Shown: one piece after another, positions 30,565 to 41,044 of the stretch
Layout of the letters: each line of letters starts with the position of its first letter
How positions within the stretch are numbered: position 1 is the stretch's first letter
NCBI GenBank assembly: GCA_963701025.1
Contig: OY969557.1
Coordinates: 570,042 to 634,041, forward strand
Source of the DNA: an uncultured bacterium
GTDB lineage: Bacteria; Patescibacteriota; Minisyncoccia; Phycocordibacterales; PALSA-1337
DNA: 64,000 bases
Direction: 5' to 3'
Program-made: the position numbers and the translations under genes
The notes under the pieces: model-generated
The model's input: only the letters and a program-made list of their open reading frames with translations
What the model was told of the DNA's origin: nothing
The model's database searches: none

Positions 30565-31848
30565 ATGAAATCAATCCTTAACAAATATAAAATTCTGGCC
30601 TTTGTTCTGATCAGTTTTGTCTTGGTCGGAATTTCTATGCCTTCCATGGCCCAGGCAGTGGATACGAAATACACGCCATTGGCTCCGTTGCCGTGCATCC
30701 CAAGTTCAGGATCGATAGATTCAAGTGGGGCTATCATTCCAAGTTCTGTGGTCACCTGCGGCCAAGGCAGTGCCGGCTCACCGCAGACGAGCGTCAATGT
30801 TCAAACCTACATCCAATACGCCGTCAATCTTCTCATTGCCTTGGCGGCCGTGGCGGCCGTCTTTATGATCACCTGGGGAGGATTCGAATATATGACGACC
30901 GATGCGGTTACAGGAAAAGAGGAAGGCAGGAAAAAGATAACGAATGCCATTTATGGGCTTCTCCTAGTACTGTGTTCATATCTCATCTTACGCACCATCA
31001 ATCCGCAGTTTGTACAGATACCAGTGGGGTTGGTGACACCACTCGGGTTGAGTTCGCAAAACACCACTGCCGATTGGCTCACGACCGTAGGAAATGAGAT
31101 GAACGCCTACAACGTCAACCAAACCGCTCTTAGACAGACCATAGCCGATGCCAATGCTGCCGCGGCCGTGCTTCAAAATCAATTGAGCGTTGCTCAAAAC
31201 GCAGAAAAGGACGCGTGTTATACGTATGGCGACACTTCCCAAGAATGCAAAGACGCTATGAATAAAACCGACTCGACCCAAAATCAACTGATTCAACTAC
31301 AGAGCAATACTGGCCTTATAACCGCAAAAGGTATCATAGATGGCAACGTGGCGGCATGTGGTACTACCGGTAGTTTAAACAGTCAGGTAACCGGATCAAG
31401 TAATGGGAATTGTTATACGAATAACCTAGCTGCTATTGATTCGATCCTGGCCAATTCGACTCTTACGAGTCGGTTACAACCAAACGATCTGCAAGCATTG
31501 AAGAATTATGCGGCTACATCAAAAACGACTCTGACTATGGATAGCTGGGTGAATTATTATAACCAATCGCTTGCAAATTATAATCAGACATACTTTGGAG
31601 CAGGCGACAATGCCGTCTACGGAGCCCTGCAAAGAGCGAACACTGCGATAGTCCCTGGAGCGCTCACAGGAAGCAATGCGGCGTATAATGCTACAGTGCT
31701 CGCTCAAACGAATGCGCTTGCAAATATTGACGCCGACCTGCAATCGGCAAAGTCAACTGTGACGGATCCAGCTGAATACCAACAACTTGTTACCCAGGCG
31801 CAAGCGCTCAAGGCTCAAATAAGCTCACAAAGTCCTAAAAAACCTTAA
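30565..31848 (+). CDS. Pilin-like (TrbC/VirB2-type) domain protein with C-terminal extension
   Basis: YTPLAPLP; AVFMITWGGFEYMT..GRKKITNAIYGLLLVL.SYLIL.TINP. Confidence 0.75.
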   Translation: MKSILNKYKILAFVLISFVLVGISMPSMAQAVDTKYTPLAPLPCIPSSGSIDSSGAIIPSSVVTCGQGSAGSPQTSVNVQTYIQYAVNLLIALAAVAAVFMITWGGFEYMTTDAVTGKEEGRKKITNAIYGLLLVLCSYLILRTINPQFVQIPVGLVTPLGLSSQNTTADWLTTVGNEMNAYNVNQTALRQTIADANAAAAVLQNQLSVAQNAEKDACYTYGDTSQECKDAMNKTDSTQNQLIQLQSNTGLITAKGIIDGNVAACGTTGSLNSQVTGSSNGNCYTNNLAAIDSILANSTLTSRLQPNDLQALKNYAATSKTTLTMDSWVNYYNQSLANYNQTYFGAGDNAVYGALQRANTAIVPGALTGSNAAYNATVLAQTNALANIDADLQSAKSTVTDPAEYQQLVTQAQALKAQISSQSPKKP

Positions 31849-31852
31849 GAAT

Positions 31853-33106
31853 ATGTCCCGTAAACTACTCATATCAATATCGGCGATTGCAATCGTATTG
31901 ATCCTTATTGCTTTCGCGTACTGGTACTTCCTTCTGCATCCCTCAAACCAAACCACCGGCACATCAAATTCTCCTTCAACGGGCTACTCACCTTTCGGCA
32001 GAACGCCTTCAGGATCTAACCAAGGAACTTCGACGGGGAATACCGTCACGAACAGCCCAAGCGCGCCTGTCGCGATACAAATACCGGCCCTGCGGCTCCT
32101 GTCGGCCACTCCGGTCGGGGGATACGCCGCTTCGACCACGGCTTCAACGACGGTGGTGCGCTGGATAGACCGCGGCAGAGGCAATGTATTGCAGGCGACG
32201 GAGGACTCTCTCGACATTCAGACTCTTTCGAATACTTTGCTGCCAAAGATGTATCAGAGCGTCTGGGGCAAAGGCCTCAATTCCTTGATCGGTTCGGTGC
32301 TTGCCGACGACGACGCGACGGTATCGACCTTATACGCCGCCATGGTGCCGCAGAGCACCAGCACCGCGAGCGCTCCGTATCGGCTTCAGGGTAAGAATCT
32401 GCCGGCTGACATCGTCTCGTATGCCGTTTCCCCGAAGAAGGACAGAATATTCCTCTTCGCCGTGCAGGGAGGCCAAGGCATTGGCTATGTGGCTCCGTTC
32501 AATGGCGGTACGGCCGTCCAGATATTCGCCACTCCGGTCACGCAGGTGAATGTGAGCTGGCCGGAAGAGAACACCATAGCCATCACCACCAAGGGTTCGG
32601 CAGGAGAAGCCGGTTTCCTGTACTTCGTCGACCCGAGGACGGGCGCATGGAAGAAGATCCTCGGGCCTCTGCCGGGATTGTCCGCTCTGGTAAGCCATGA
32701 CGCGCGCTATGCCATCGTCTCGATAACCGGCGGCGCGGACAATGTTCTCACTTCGATATACGCCATAGCCACATCGAGCGGCGTGGACGCTATCATACGC
32801 ACTTTGGCCGACAAATGCGTCTGGGGCAATTTCTACAAGGACATGGTCTATTGCGCCGTGCCTTTCCAGCCGGTCTCCGGAACCTATCCAGACGATTGGT
32901 ACAAAGGCACTCTCTCCACCGTCGACAAGATCTGGCAGGAGAACGCCGTGACCGGCGAGGTGCACCTGGTCTCGTCGCTCTTCGAGCAAGCGCAGACCAA
33001 TATAGACGCCTTTAATCTCGCTTTGGACGACAAAGACAACTATCTCTTCTTCATGAACAAGCTCGACCTTTCGCTCTGGTCGCTCGACTTGGTGTCGCCT
33101 AATTGA
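31853..33106 (+). CDS. Membrane-anchored beta-propeller-like protein
   Basis: N-terminal TM helix and repeated beta blades. Confidence 0.7.
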   Translation: MSRKLLISISAIAIVLILIAFAYWYFLLHPSNQTTGTSNSPSTGYSPFGRTPSGSNQGTSTGNTVTNSPSAPVAIQIPALRLLSATPVGGYAASTTASTTVVRWIDRGRGNVLQATEDSLDIQTLSNTLLPKMYQSVWGKGLNSLIGSVLADDDATVSTLYAAMVPQSTSTASAPYRLQGKNLPADIVSYAVSPKKDRIFLFAVQGGQGIGYVAPFNGGTAVQIFATPVTQVNVSWPEENTIAITTKGSAGEAGFLYFVDPRTGAWKKILGPLPGLSALVSHDARYAIVSITGGADNVLTSIYAIATSSGVDAIIRTLADKCVWGNFYKDMVYCAVPFQPVSGTYPDDWYKGTLSTVDKIWQENAVTGEVHLVSSLFEQAQTNIDAFNLALDDKDNYLFFMNKLDLSLWSLDLVSPN

Positions 33107-33117
33107 TCGACTAACTG

Positions 33118-33864
33118 CTAATTGATGGCGTTCACGCCCTTTTTATTTAGATATCTTTTTCGGATGACGAGTTCCTGCCCGAGGGTGAATAACGAGCTGA
33201 CCGACCAGTAAATGGCGATGATGGAGGCCGCCTGCGGGAACTTGACCGGAATAATCCAGTACGTGGAGGCGAAGGCTATGATCGGCAAAAGGAATTTCAT
33301 CTGAGTGTTCATGGAATTGGCCATGTTCGGGGTCGAGCTCTTGGGCGCGGCGCGCTGCTGGCGCGAAGCCAGAGAATAATGCATCTGGAAGAATTGGATG
33401 ATCGCCGTAATAAGAGAAAGGACCAGGCTCGGCTTCAAAAGGTCAAGCCCGAGCAGGGAAGGCAAGGCCTTTGGCACGTGGATGAAGCTGTATAGAAGCG
33501 TCGGGTCTACCGCCGGAGTTATCTTGTAAAAGACGGAGATGAGGGCCAGTAGTATCGGCAATTGGATGATGAGCAGAAGGATGCCCGAGAACGGGTGGAT
33601 GCCTTTCGATTTGTAGAGCTCCATGACCTTCAAGCCTTGAGCCTGCTTGTCTTTGGCGTAATCGGCCTTGATCTTATTGGCCTCCGGCTCGACTTCTTTC
33701 ATCTTGACCTGGGTCAGAAGAGCCTGTTTCGAAAGAGGAAATATGATCAGGCGGACGATGATGGTAAAGAGGATAACGGCAATGCCGACATCGATCCACG
33801 GGAGTAGGTCCATCAGACCGACGAGACCGTTATAAAGAGGCAGGAATATGAATTGATGATACAT
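33118..33864 (-). CDS. yidC: Membrane protein insertase YidC
   Basis: ILFTIIVRLIIFPL, LYKSKGIHPFSG..LIIQLPI; next to rnpA. Confidence 0.92.
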   Translation of the reverse strand: MYHQFIFLPLYNGLVGLMDLLPWIDVGIAVILFTIIVRLIIFPLSKQALLTQVKMKEVEPEANKIKADYAKDKQAQGLKVMELYKSKGIHPFSGILLLIIQLPILLALISVFYKITPAVDPTLLYSFIHVPKALPSLLGLDLLKPSLVLSLITAIIQFFQMHYSLASRQQRAAPKSSTPNMANSMNTQMKFLLPIIAFASTYWIIPVKFPQAASIIAIYWSVSSLFTLGQELVIRKRYLNKKGVNAIN

Positions 33865-33893
33865 GGCGAGAAGGGGATAGTGGAACCGGTTAA

Positions 33894-34313
33894 CTATACA
33901 CCAATTCTCGCTTTTGAGAAAAGAGTTTTGAGGTCAGCGGCCATGCCTTCGAACTCGGCTGTGATCGCCGTCGTTTTGGCGAAAATGATGGCGTGCGTGC
34001 CAGGAATCATGGAACTGGCCGTGGGTTGTGCGGCTGGCGGAACGCTCGTTGAAACAATCGCCTGGACTGCCTCGTACATGCGTCGGCGTATGCGGTTCCG
34101 AAGCACGGCCGTTGGCGCGATCTTTTTTGGCGCCACGGCGGCGATCTTGATTCCTCCGCTCTCCTTGCTCCTTACTTCCTTCTCCTTACTCTCTGCTTCT
34201 TGCTTCCCGTGTTCCAGCACCCGCATGAGAAAAAGAGGGGAGTGATATATCTTTCCTTTTTCCATGACCTCCGAAAACTGCTTAGTGGAAAGCCTGCGGG
34301 ATCTTTTGATCAT
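33894..34313 (-). CDS. rnpA: Ribonuclease P protein component
   Basis: KKIAPTAVLRNRIRRR; synteny with rpmH. Confidence 0.88.
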   Translation of the reverse strand: MIKRSRRLSTKQFSEVMEKGKIYHSPLFLMRVLEHGKQEAESKEKEVRSKESGGIKIAAVAPKKIAPTAVLRNRIRRRMYEAVQAIVSTSVPPAAQPTASSMIPGTHAIIFAKTTAITAEFEGMAADLKTLFSKARIGV

Positions 34314-34340
34314 ATTGATGGCGCGCGAACGCGCTTTTTA

Positions 34341-34475
34341 TTATACGGCGATCCTGTGACGGCCTTTGGCGCGACGCGCTGAAAGGGCCTTTCGGCCGCC
34401 GGGCGTCTTCATGCGCACGCGAAACCCATGGCTCTTGGCACGCTTGCGCTTGTTCGGCTGGTAGGTGAATGACAT
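34341..34475 (-). CDS. rpmH: 50S ribosomal protein L34
   Basis: [21 protein letters not shown]. Confidence 0.95.
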   Translation of the reverse strand: MSFTYQPNKRKRAKSHGFRVRMKTPGGRKALSARRAKGRHRIAV

Positions 34476-34479
34476 GGCA

Positions 34480-34678
34480 AGACTATAGTATATAAACGTG
34501 AAAGAAGCAAGAAAATAAATCATTGACACGCCGCGAGCGCTACAATTCATTTTCTTGATTACAAATATCTTTTATATTATTTTTGCAAATTCTTATCCCC
34601 AACTTATCAACAGCTTTTAAACCGGTTGGCAAGTTTGCAAAATCGCAAACAAGTATATACTTAGACCTATTCAAAGCC
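34480..34678. promoter_or_regulatory. AT-rich dnaA upstream region with DnaA-box-like sites
   Basis: TTATCCCCA (34593) and TTATCAACA (34604). Confidence 0.6.
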
Positions 34679-36022
34679 ATGAACGACTTCACCCAAACCT
34701 GGCAGACCGCCCTACTAGAAATCAAGACCATAGTATCGCCCGCCAACTATTCCACATGGCTCACCACGACGAAAATCGTCCGTGAGGAGGAGGGGATCGT
34801 CTATTTGGGCGTGCCAAACGAGTTCACTAGAGAATGGTTGGCGAAAAAGTGCCATAATTCCATATTACGCATACTGCGCCAGATCAACGAGCATGTGCGC
34901 GCTCTTGAATACGTCATCGTAAAGGACGGAGAGCAGTCCGAAACGGCCAGAAAGAGGGTCATCGTCTCCTCGACTATGGCCATGCCGCTCCAGGACTTCT
35001 ACATCAACAAAGAAGATAATCTCAATCCGCGCTACACATTCGATAATTTCGTCGTCGGTCCGTACAACGAGCTCGCTCACGCCGCGTCCCAGACGGTCAT
35101 CAAGAATCCAGGACAGACGTATAACCCGCTTTTTATATACGGTTCGACCGGCAGGGGAAAGACGCATCTCATCCAGGCCATCGGCAACAAGATCAAACAG
35201 GCGCATCCAAATAAAAAAGTCTTCTATCTCACTTCGGAGAAGTTCGGCTCCGACCTGCTCAATTCCTTCCAAGAGAACAAGACTCAACAGTTCAAAGAGA
35301 AGTACCGCAAGTATGACGTGGTCATCATGGACGATGTCCAGTTCTTCTCCGGAAAGGAAAAGTTCCAGGAGGAGCTCTTCCATTTATTCAACACCTTCCA
35401 CGATACCGGCCGCCAACTCGTATTCTCGTCAGACCGGCATCCAAACGTCATTCCCGGTCTTGAAGATCGGATTCGCGGCAGATTCAGCGTGGGAATGATC
35501 GTGGACATACCAGCGCCTGACCAGGAGTCGAGGACGGCCATCGTCCGGACCAAGTGCAGGCTGAATAATATAAGTCTTCCCAACGAAGCCGTGGAGTTCC
35601 TGGCCTCCGAGATAGAAGACAACGTGAGGGAAATAGAGGGTATAGTTAACGTCATTGCCTGTCAGATGCAGCTCAAGAACAAGGAGTTGACCTTGAATGA
35701 GATTAAACACCTCCTGAAGAACAGCGCCAAACCAAAGAAGAACATCTCGGTCAAAGAGGTGGTCAAGATCGTATCCGATTTTTACAACATCGACGAAGCG
35801 AGCATATACAACAAGACCCGCAGAAAGGAAGTGGTGAAGCCGCGCCAGGTGGCCATGTATCTTCTCCGCGAAGACTTCAGCATATCTTTCCCGTCGATCG
35901 GCGACAAAATGGGCGGGAGAGACCACACGACCGTCATCCACTCATATGAGAAAGTGAAGGAGGATATCAAGAGCAATACGGTCTTGTCGCAAGAGATAGG
36001 ACAGTTGAGAACCATGTTATAA
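34679..36022 (+). CDS. dnaA: Chromosomal replication initiator DnaA
   Basis: LNPRYTFDNFVVG, YNPLFIYG..G.GKTHL, GGRDHTTVIHS. Confidence 0.98.
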   Translation: MNDFTQTWQTALLEIKTIVSPANYSTWLTTTKIVREEEGIVYLGVPNEFTREWLAKKCHNSILRILRQINEHVRALEYVIVKDGEQSETARKRVIVSSTMAMPLQDFYINKEDNLNPRYTFDNFVVGPYNELAHAASQTVIKNPGQTYNPLFIYGSTGRGKTHLIQAIGNKIKQAHPNKKVFYLTSEKFGSDLLNSFQENKTQQFKEKYRKYDVVIMDDVQFFSGKEKFQEELFHLFNTFHDTGRQLVFSSDRHPNVIPGLEDRIRGRFSVGMIVDIPAPDQESRTAIVRTKCRLNNISLPNEAVEFLASEIEDNVREIEGIVNVIACQMQLKNKELTLNEIKHLLKNSAKPKKNISVKEVVKIVSDFYNIDEASIYNKTRRKEVVKPRQVAMYLLREDFSISFPSIGDKMGGRDHTTVIHSYEKVKEDIKSNTVLSQEIGQLRTML

Positions 36023-36206
36023 CCTGTGGAGATGTCGGGGAGAAAGATCTGGGTGGATGAGTTGTTCGTCGGTGCGCCGGTGTTATCAACAGAGAGTCGG
36101 CACAAGAAAAGTTCAAAGAGCGAGTGGATAGAACGTACTATGGATTGTTCACATACCCACCACCTTAATAATAGTAATATTTTTTAAATAACAATTTATT
36201 AATACT
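36023..36206. other. Putative oriC (dnaA-dnaN intergenic)
   Basis: Degenerate DnaA boxes (e.g. TTATCAACA at 36083) followed by an AT-rich stretch with TAA/TAG trimers. Confidence 0.7.
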
Positions 36207-37313
36207 ATGAAAATCGAGGTACATCTTCCGGAATTCAAAAAAATGATCGGCATAGCGGAACGGGTGGCGAAAAAGAACGCCAGCTTGCCGGTTCTATCAT
36301 GTCTCGTTTTTGAGGTCATGAAAAACACTCTTGTTATACGATCTACAAACCTCGATGTGGGAGTCGAAATGACCATGCCCGCAAAAACCGAAGCAAGCGG
36401 GACCGTCGCGGTCCCAGCCCACACCATATCGGCATTCATTTCCCAGCTTGCCGATCAGGACGGAGTCGTCAAAATAGAGCTTGTGTCCGGAAACCTCCAC
36501 ATAATCTCAATGAGGTCGAAAGTCATCATAAAGACAGTACCACACGATGATTTTCCTTCCATTCCCAAGATTTCCGATGGCAAAGAAACAAAAACACCAA
36601 CGGATATTTTTATGAAGGGCCTTAAGTCTGTCTGGTATAGCGCGTCAGTTTCCAGCATCAAGCCGGAATTGTCGAGCGTGTACGTGTACAAAAACAACGA
36701 GCATCTGATTTTCGCCGCGACGGACTCGTTCAGGCTGGCCGAAAAGAAAGTGAAAATACCGACCACGGCCGATCTCGAGGACGTGCTGATCCCATTCAAG
36801 AACATTCCCGACATAATGCGCACCCTCGAAGGCATCGGCGCGGAAGTGACTGTACGTTCCAACAAAAATCTGATATCTTTCGAGGCCGGCGGCACCCGCA
36901 TCACTTCGCGTATCGTGGACGGGACATTCCCTGACTATAGACAGATCATCCCAAAAAACTATTCTACTGAAGCGGTCGCGCTCAAACAGGATGTCATGAC
37001 CGCACTCAAAGTCTCCACGGTCTTTGCCGACAAATTCAATCAGATAAAGCTAGTCATTGATCCGAAGGGCAAGATTTTCGAAGTCCAGACCAAGAACGCC
37101 GATGTCGGAGAGAACGCCACGGCCATCGACGCGGCCCTTTCCGGGGAGAAAGTAGAGATCAATTTCAACGGGAAATACATAGCCGACTGCTTCCAGTCCA
37201 TAGACGCCGACAGCGTCTCTTTCCAGCTCGGAGGCCTCAATAAGCCCATGGTCGTCCGCCCAGCCGCGGGAGACGGCACGTTCATGTACTTGGTCATGCC
37301 GATGAACCGTTAG
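36207..37313 (+). CDS. dnaN: DNA polymerase III beta clamp
   Basis: ATDSFRLA, GTFPDYRQIIP, YLVMPM. Confidence 0.97.
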   Translation: MKIEVHLPEFKKMIGIAERVAKKNASLPVLSCLVFEVMKNTLVIRSTNLDVGVEMTMPAKTEASGTVAVPAHTISAFISQLADQDGVVKIELVSGNLHIISMRSKVIIKTVPHDDFPSIPKISDGKETKTPTDIFMKGLKSVWYSASVSSIKPELSSVYVYKNNEHLIFAATDSFRLAEKKVKIPTTADLEDVLIPFKNIPDIMRTLEGIGAEVTVRSNKNLISFEAGGTRITSRIVDGTFPDYRQIIPKNYSTEAVALKQDVMTALKVSTVFADKFNQIKLVIDPKGKIFEVQTKNADVGENATAIDAALSGEKVEINFNGKYIADCFQSIDADSVSFQLGGLNKPMVVRPAAGDGTFMYLVMPMNR

Positions 37314-37347
37314 CCATGAACGAAGATTGGTCCTAAATAGAAGATAC

Positions 37348-37608
37348 ATGTTGCGCATCAGTGAATTTTTCAAGCGTATAGGAGGGATACAGGCGCGGGA
37401 GATCGCCTTCCGCGCCGGAGTCCAGGCCGCCATCAAGGAATCGACAGGCGTTGAGATCCCAATACAGTCCATATCGTTCAGATCAGGGAAAATCTCATTA
37501 AAGAATATATCTCAAGCCGCGCGATCAGCCGTCTTCATAAAAAGATCCGCCATCATCGAGCGGACCAACGCGTTGCAGTCAGTTAGACATGTAGACGATT
37601 TTATATAG
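37348..37608 (+). CDS. Small protein, possibly DciA-like
   Basis: Short ORF directly after dnaN; family assignment is inference only. Confidence 0.5.
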   Translation: MLRISEFFKRIGGIQAREIAFRAGVQAAIKESTGVEIPIQSISFRSGKISLKNISQAARSAVFIKRSAIIERTNALQSVRHVDDFI

Positions 37609-40144
37609 TCGAGAAGTCTACGGACGTCGTGGCTTGATCGTAGACCGTGTCATGCACGACGACCGATATGGTGTCGGTCGCCTCAAGCCCACCGATGTCC
37701 GCGGGTATGAACGATATGTTCAATGGATTTTGCGTGTTAGTCAGTATGTATTTTCCGTTCAGGTACACCTCAGATTCCTTGACTGGGTATTTGCCTGTTT
37801 CCTGCAGATTGACCGAAAGAAGCTTGCTCGGGTCGATGACGGAGTCTTCTTGCGGCGTGACGATGCTCACCTGCGGCATATTCGCCGGCACATGCACGTC
37901 ATCGGTGGCTGTCGGTATGGTGAAGTCAGTGGTCTCCATGAAATCCGGATTGCTCTTGTGCCAGTTGGTGAACCACGCTCGGACGGCATATTCCCAATTC
38001 GCGTATTGAGAATCCTGGGAAGGATCTGTGGGTATAGGCCCACGCGGATCATCTTTGTTCACCCACTGCAGGATGGAGTGCACGCTGTCGAAGACGATCT
38101 CCTTCCTTGTTTCTTGGGGCGTGTATCGTGTCGCCACCTTTCCGGATATTGTGTCTATCCAGTACGAGACGCCTCCTTGCCATATGCCTGAAAGGACTGG
38201 TTTCAAGCCGTCAGGTTCCGGCTGTGGGGATTTGAAGTTTTCCGGCGGGAAATCGCCGGCGACTTCGGACATGAAAGCTCCCCAGACCGGCGTGATGATG
38301 AGGGCTGATATGGCGTCTTTCATCGGGTGGTTGTCGTTGTTGCCCGCCCAGGCTCCTACCACGAGGTTCGGGGTGTAGCCCATGGTCCAGACATCACGGT
38401 AATCATTGGTGGTTCCCGTCTTGATGGCGACTTGTCGCCCGACGCTTTGAGCTATGGGTTCGATAGACCCCATGCGATTGGCGTCGCTCGATAGCACGTC
38501 ATTTATCTCACGGGCGATCTCGGTTGGTATAGCCTGTGTCGGGCTTGTCGTAGCCTGCTCGAGGATATTGCCGCTGGCGTCGTCGACTTCCAATATGGAT
38601 CGGTATGGGTTACGGACGCCGTCATTGGCGAATACGCCGTACGCGCTCGTCATGTCGAGCAAAGAGACTTCTCCACCGCCGAGGACAAGAGTCAGGCCGT
38701 AGCGGTTCGGGTCATTGAGGCTGGTGATGCCCATGTCAGTCGCGGTCTTGATTGATTCCGGTATGCCGGCCAGATAGAGGGCTTGGACTGCCGGTATGTT
38801 GCGGGATTCCGGCAACGCCAACCGGATGGTCAGGGGTCCTTTATATAAATTATCATATTCCACAGGCGAATAACACACCTTCGTCGGATCATCACTCGGA
38901 TTCTTCGGCTTGCCGTCAGGCGTACAAAGGCTCGAGAACTGCATGGGCGTATCGTAAAGGATCGTATCCGGCGTATAGCCTTTTTCGAATAGAGTGGCAT
39001 AAACGAACGGCTTGAATGTCGAGCCAGGCTGGCGCTGTGCCGTGGCGTCGTTGTAGTTTCCGTCGATTGACGCGTCGAAATAATCCCTTGATCCGATCAT
39101 CGTCAGGATATCGCCAGTTTTCGGGTCTATCGCCACCATGGCCGTATTGCTGGCGTTGAAATTGGTGTTCAAAGACGGGCCGAAACGCGCCACCACGTTC
39201 TCGGCCTTCTGCTGCATGTCATAATCAATAGTAGTTATGACCTTAAGCCCGCCCGTATCAACGGCATCCTCGCCGTATTTCTGGATCAAATAATCCAGGA
39301 CGAACATGACGAAGTGCGGCGCGCGGATACCTTGGGAATTCTTGGCCAAGAACGTCACTTTTTCTTTGATGGCCAATTGGTAGTCGGCGTCGCTTATCAT
39401 ACCGAGACCTTTCATGCGTGAGAGGACCAGCTTTTGTCTAGCGTCCAAGTCCGCGGTATGGGTCCCATATGGCGAATAATACGTCGGTGCTTGGGGGATG
39501 GCGGCGATATATGCCGCTTCGGCCAGGCTCACGTCCTTGGCCTGCTTGCCGAAAAATTCCTGGCTGGCTTCCTCGACGCCGTATATCGTGCCGCCGTATG
39601 AAGTCTCGTTAAGGTACGCCTCGAGGATCTGGTCCTTGGTCATGATGCGCGTCAGCTTTACGGACAGTATCCATTCCTCCAGCTTCCGCGACAAAGTCTT
39701 GTCCTGCGTCAAAAGGGCGTTCTTGATGACCTGCTGGGTGATGGTAGAGGCGCCTTGGCCGAAACTGCCGGTGGCGAGGTCGGCCAGGAGCGCGCGGATG
39801 ATGGATGTCGGCTCGATGCCGATATTGTTATAAAAATTGGAATCCTCGATAGCCACGGTGGCCTTTTGTATGAAGGGTGATATGTTGGCAAGCGGCACGA
39901 CCGTACGCTTTGCGTTCGCTCCGGTGTCGTAGAGGAGGACGGTACCGGTACGGTCGTATATCTTGGTGGACTGGACTACTTGTCGCGTCTCGAAAGAATT
40001 CAAGTCAGGTATCTTCAAAGTCGCTATCCATATAGCTGCGCAACCTGCGGCGATAAGGACCGCCGAGGCGACGATCGCCGCAGCGCGCAATATGTGCCGG
40101 ACATGCTTTTTTCGCGGACGGCGGCGTCTCGTCATGAATGGCAA
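37601..40144 (-). CDS. Class A penicillin-binding protein (transglycosylase/transpeptidase)
   Basis: AIEDSNFY, GASTITQQ, QPGSTFKP, SRN, KTGT. Confidence 0.95.
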   Translation of the reverse strand: MPFMTRRRRPRKKHVRHILRAAAIVASAVLIAAGCAAIWIATLKIPDLNSFETRQVVQSTKIYDRTGTVLLYDTGANAKRTVVPLANISPFIQKATVAIEDSNFYNNIGIEPTSIIRALLADLATGSFGQGASTITQQVIKNALLTQDKTLSRKLEEWILSVKLTRIMTKDQILEAYLNETSYGGTIYGVEEASQEFFGKQAKDVSLAEAAYIAAIPQAPTYYSPYGTHTADLDARQKLVLSRMKGLGMISDADYQLAIKEKVTFLAKNSQGIRAPHFVMFVLDYLIQKYGEDAVDTGGLKVITTIDYDMQQKAENVVARFGPSLNTNFNASNTAMVAIDPKTGDILTMIGSRDYFDASIDGNYNDATAQRQPGSTFKPFVYATLFEKGYTPDTILYDTPMQFSSLCTPDGKPKNPSDDPTKVCYSPVEYDNLYKGPLTIRLALPESRNIPAVQALYLAGIPESIKTATDMGITSLNDPNRYGLTLVLGGGEVSLLDMTSAYGVFANDGVRNPYRSILEVDDASGNILEQATTSPTQAIPTEIAREINDVLSSDANRMGSIEPIAQSVGRQVAIKTGTTNDYRDVWTMGYTPNLVVGAWAGNNDNHPMKDAISALIITPVWGAFMSEVAGDFPPENFKSPQPEPDGLKPVLSGIWQGGVSYWIDTISGKVATRYTPQETRKEIVFDSVHSILQWVNKDDPRGPIPTDPSQDSQYANWEYAVRAWFTNWHKSNPDFMETTDFTIPTATDDVHVPANMPQVSIVTPQEDSVIDPSKLLSVNLQETGKYPVKESEVYLNGKYILTNTQNPLNISFIPADIGGLEATDTISVVVHDTVYDQATTSVDFSTI

Positions 40145-40171
40145 TTATAGCACGCGTAGCCGGATGTTTTC

Positions 40172-40402
40172 CTATTGCTCCCACTTATCGCCGAACGGAT
40201 TCAGCTCTTCTTCATCTAGGGTCGGGGTCTCCTCGGACTCCTCGTCTTCCTCGGTGCCGACTACAGGAGCGTCTTCATCCGCGATCTTTTCTTCTAGATC
40301 GGGAAGGATGATCGGGGCGTCGGCCTCCTGCCTGCCGGCAGGCAGGGCGATTTTCTTTGGCTCCGCCTTCACCGGCCTCATTTTTGTCTTTGAATGCGGC
40401 AT
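40172..40402 (-). CDS. Small acidic hypothetical protein
   Basis: ORF ending DEEELNPFGDKWEQ; contains a palindrome-encoded LPAGRQ. Confidence 0.6.
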   Translation of the reverse strand: MPHSKTKMRPVKAEPKKIALPAGRQEADAPIILPDLEEKIADEDAPVVGTEEDEESEETPTLDEEELNPFGDKWEQ

Positions 40403-40488
40403 TATGTATGCGTGGATAATTTGTAACAAAGGGCGGTCCTTTTTGCAATGAAGGGAAACTGTGGAAAACTCGGCAATATGCCCAAAAC

Positions 40489-41016
40489 TCAAAATAACCC
40501 GGGATGCTTCGATCTGGCGCAAGCGGAGTGCGTGAGAGCAACTGCTATGGCGTCGTATTCGTCGTCCAAAGTCTTTTTTCCGCCTTTTTTGGACCCAGTA
40601 GCGGCTTCTTTCACTGGCATATCCACTAGCATGGGCATCATCTTCATCATATGGCCTTTATCACTAGTGCCATCGCCGGTCACCGCCATCTTTATCTCCA
40701 TGGGTGAGTATTCGAAGACGGGAATGCCCCTTTTAAGGCCCTCGTATATGATGATGCCCCGGGCTTCGGCCACGCGCATGGCCGTCTTTTGGTTTTTGGT
40801 GATGAAAAGGGTTTCAATGGCCAAGGCACCCGGCTTGAACTCGTCGAGGATGCGCGCGATTTCGGTACCTATATGCCGGAGACGCTCGTATATCGTCTCT
40901 TTCGGTGAAGTAGTGAAGCAGTCGGAGTATATGACGGTTTCTTTTCCCCTCGCCGGCTTCTCGATCACCGCGATGCCGAGACGGTCGTATCCGGGATCAA
41001 TTCCAAGAATTTTCAT
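40489..41016 (-). CDS. ruvC: Holliday junction resolvase RuvC
   Basis: ILGIDPG, LAIETLF, EARG, DDEYDAIAVA. Confidence 0.95.
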   Translation of the reverse strand: MKILGIDPGYDRLGIAVIEKPARGKETVIYSDCFTTSPKETIYERLRHIGTEIARILDEFKPGALAIETLFITKNQKTAMRVAEARGIIIYEGLKRGIPVFEYSPMEIKMAVTGDGTSDKGHMMKMMPMLVDMPVKEAATGSKKGGKKTLDDEYDAIAVALTHSACARSKHPGLF

Positions 41017-41044
41017 CTCGTTATTTATCCTTAAGTCCTGAATC

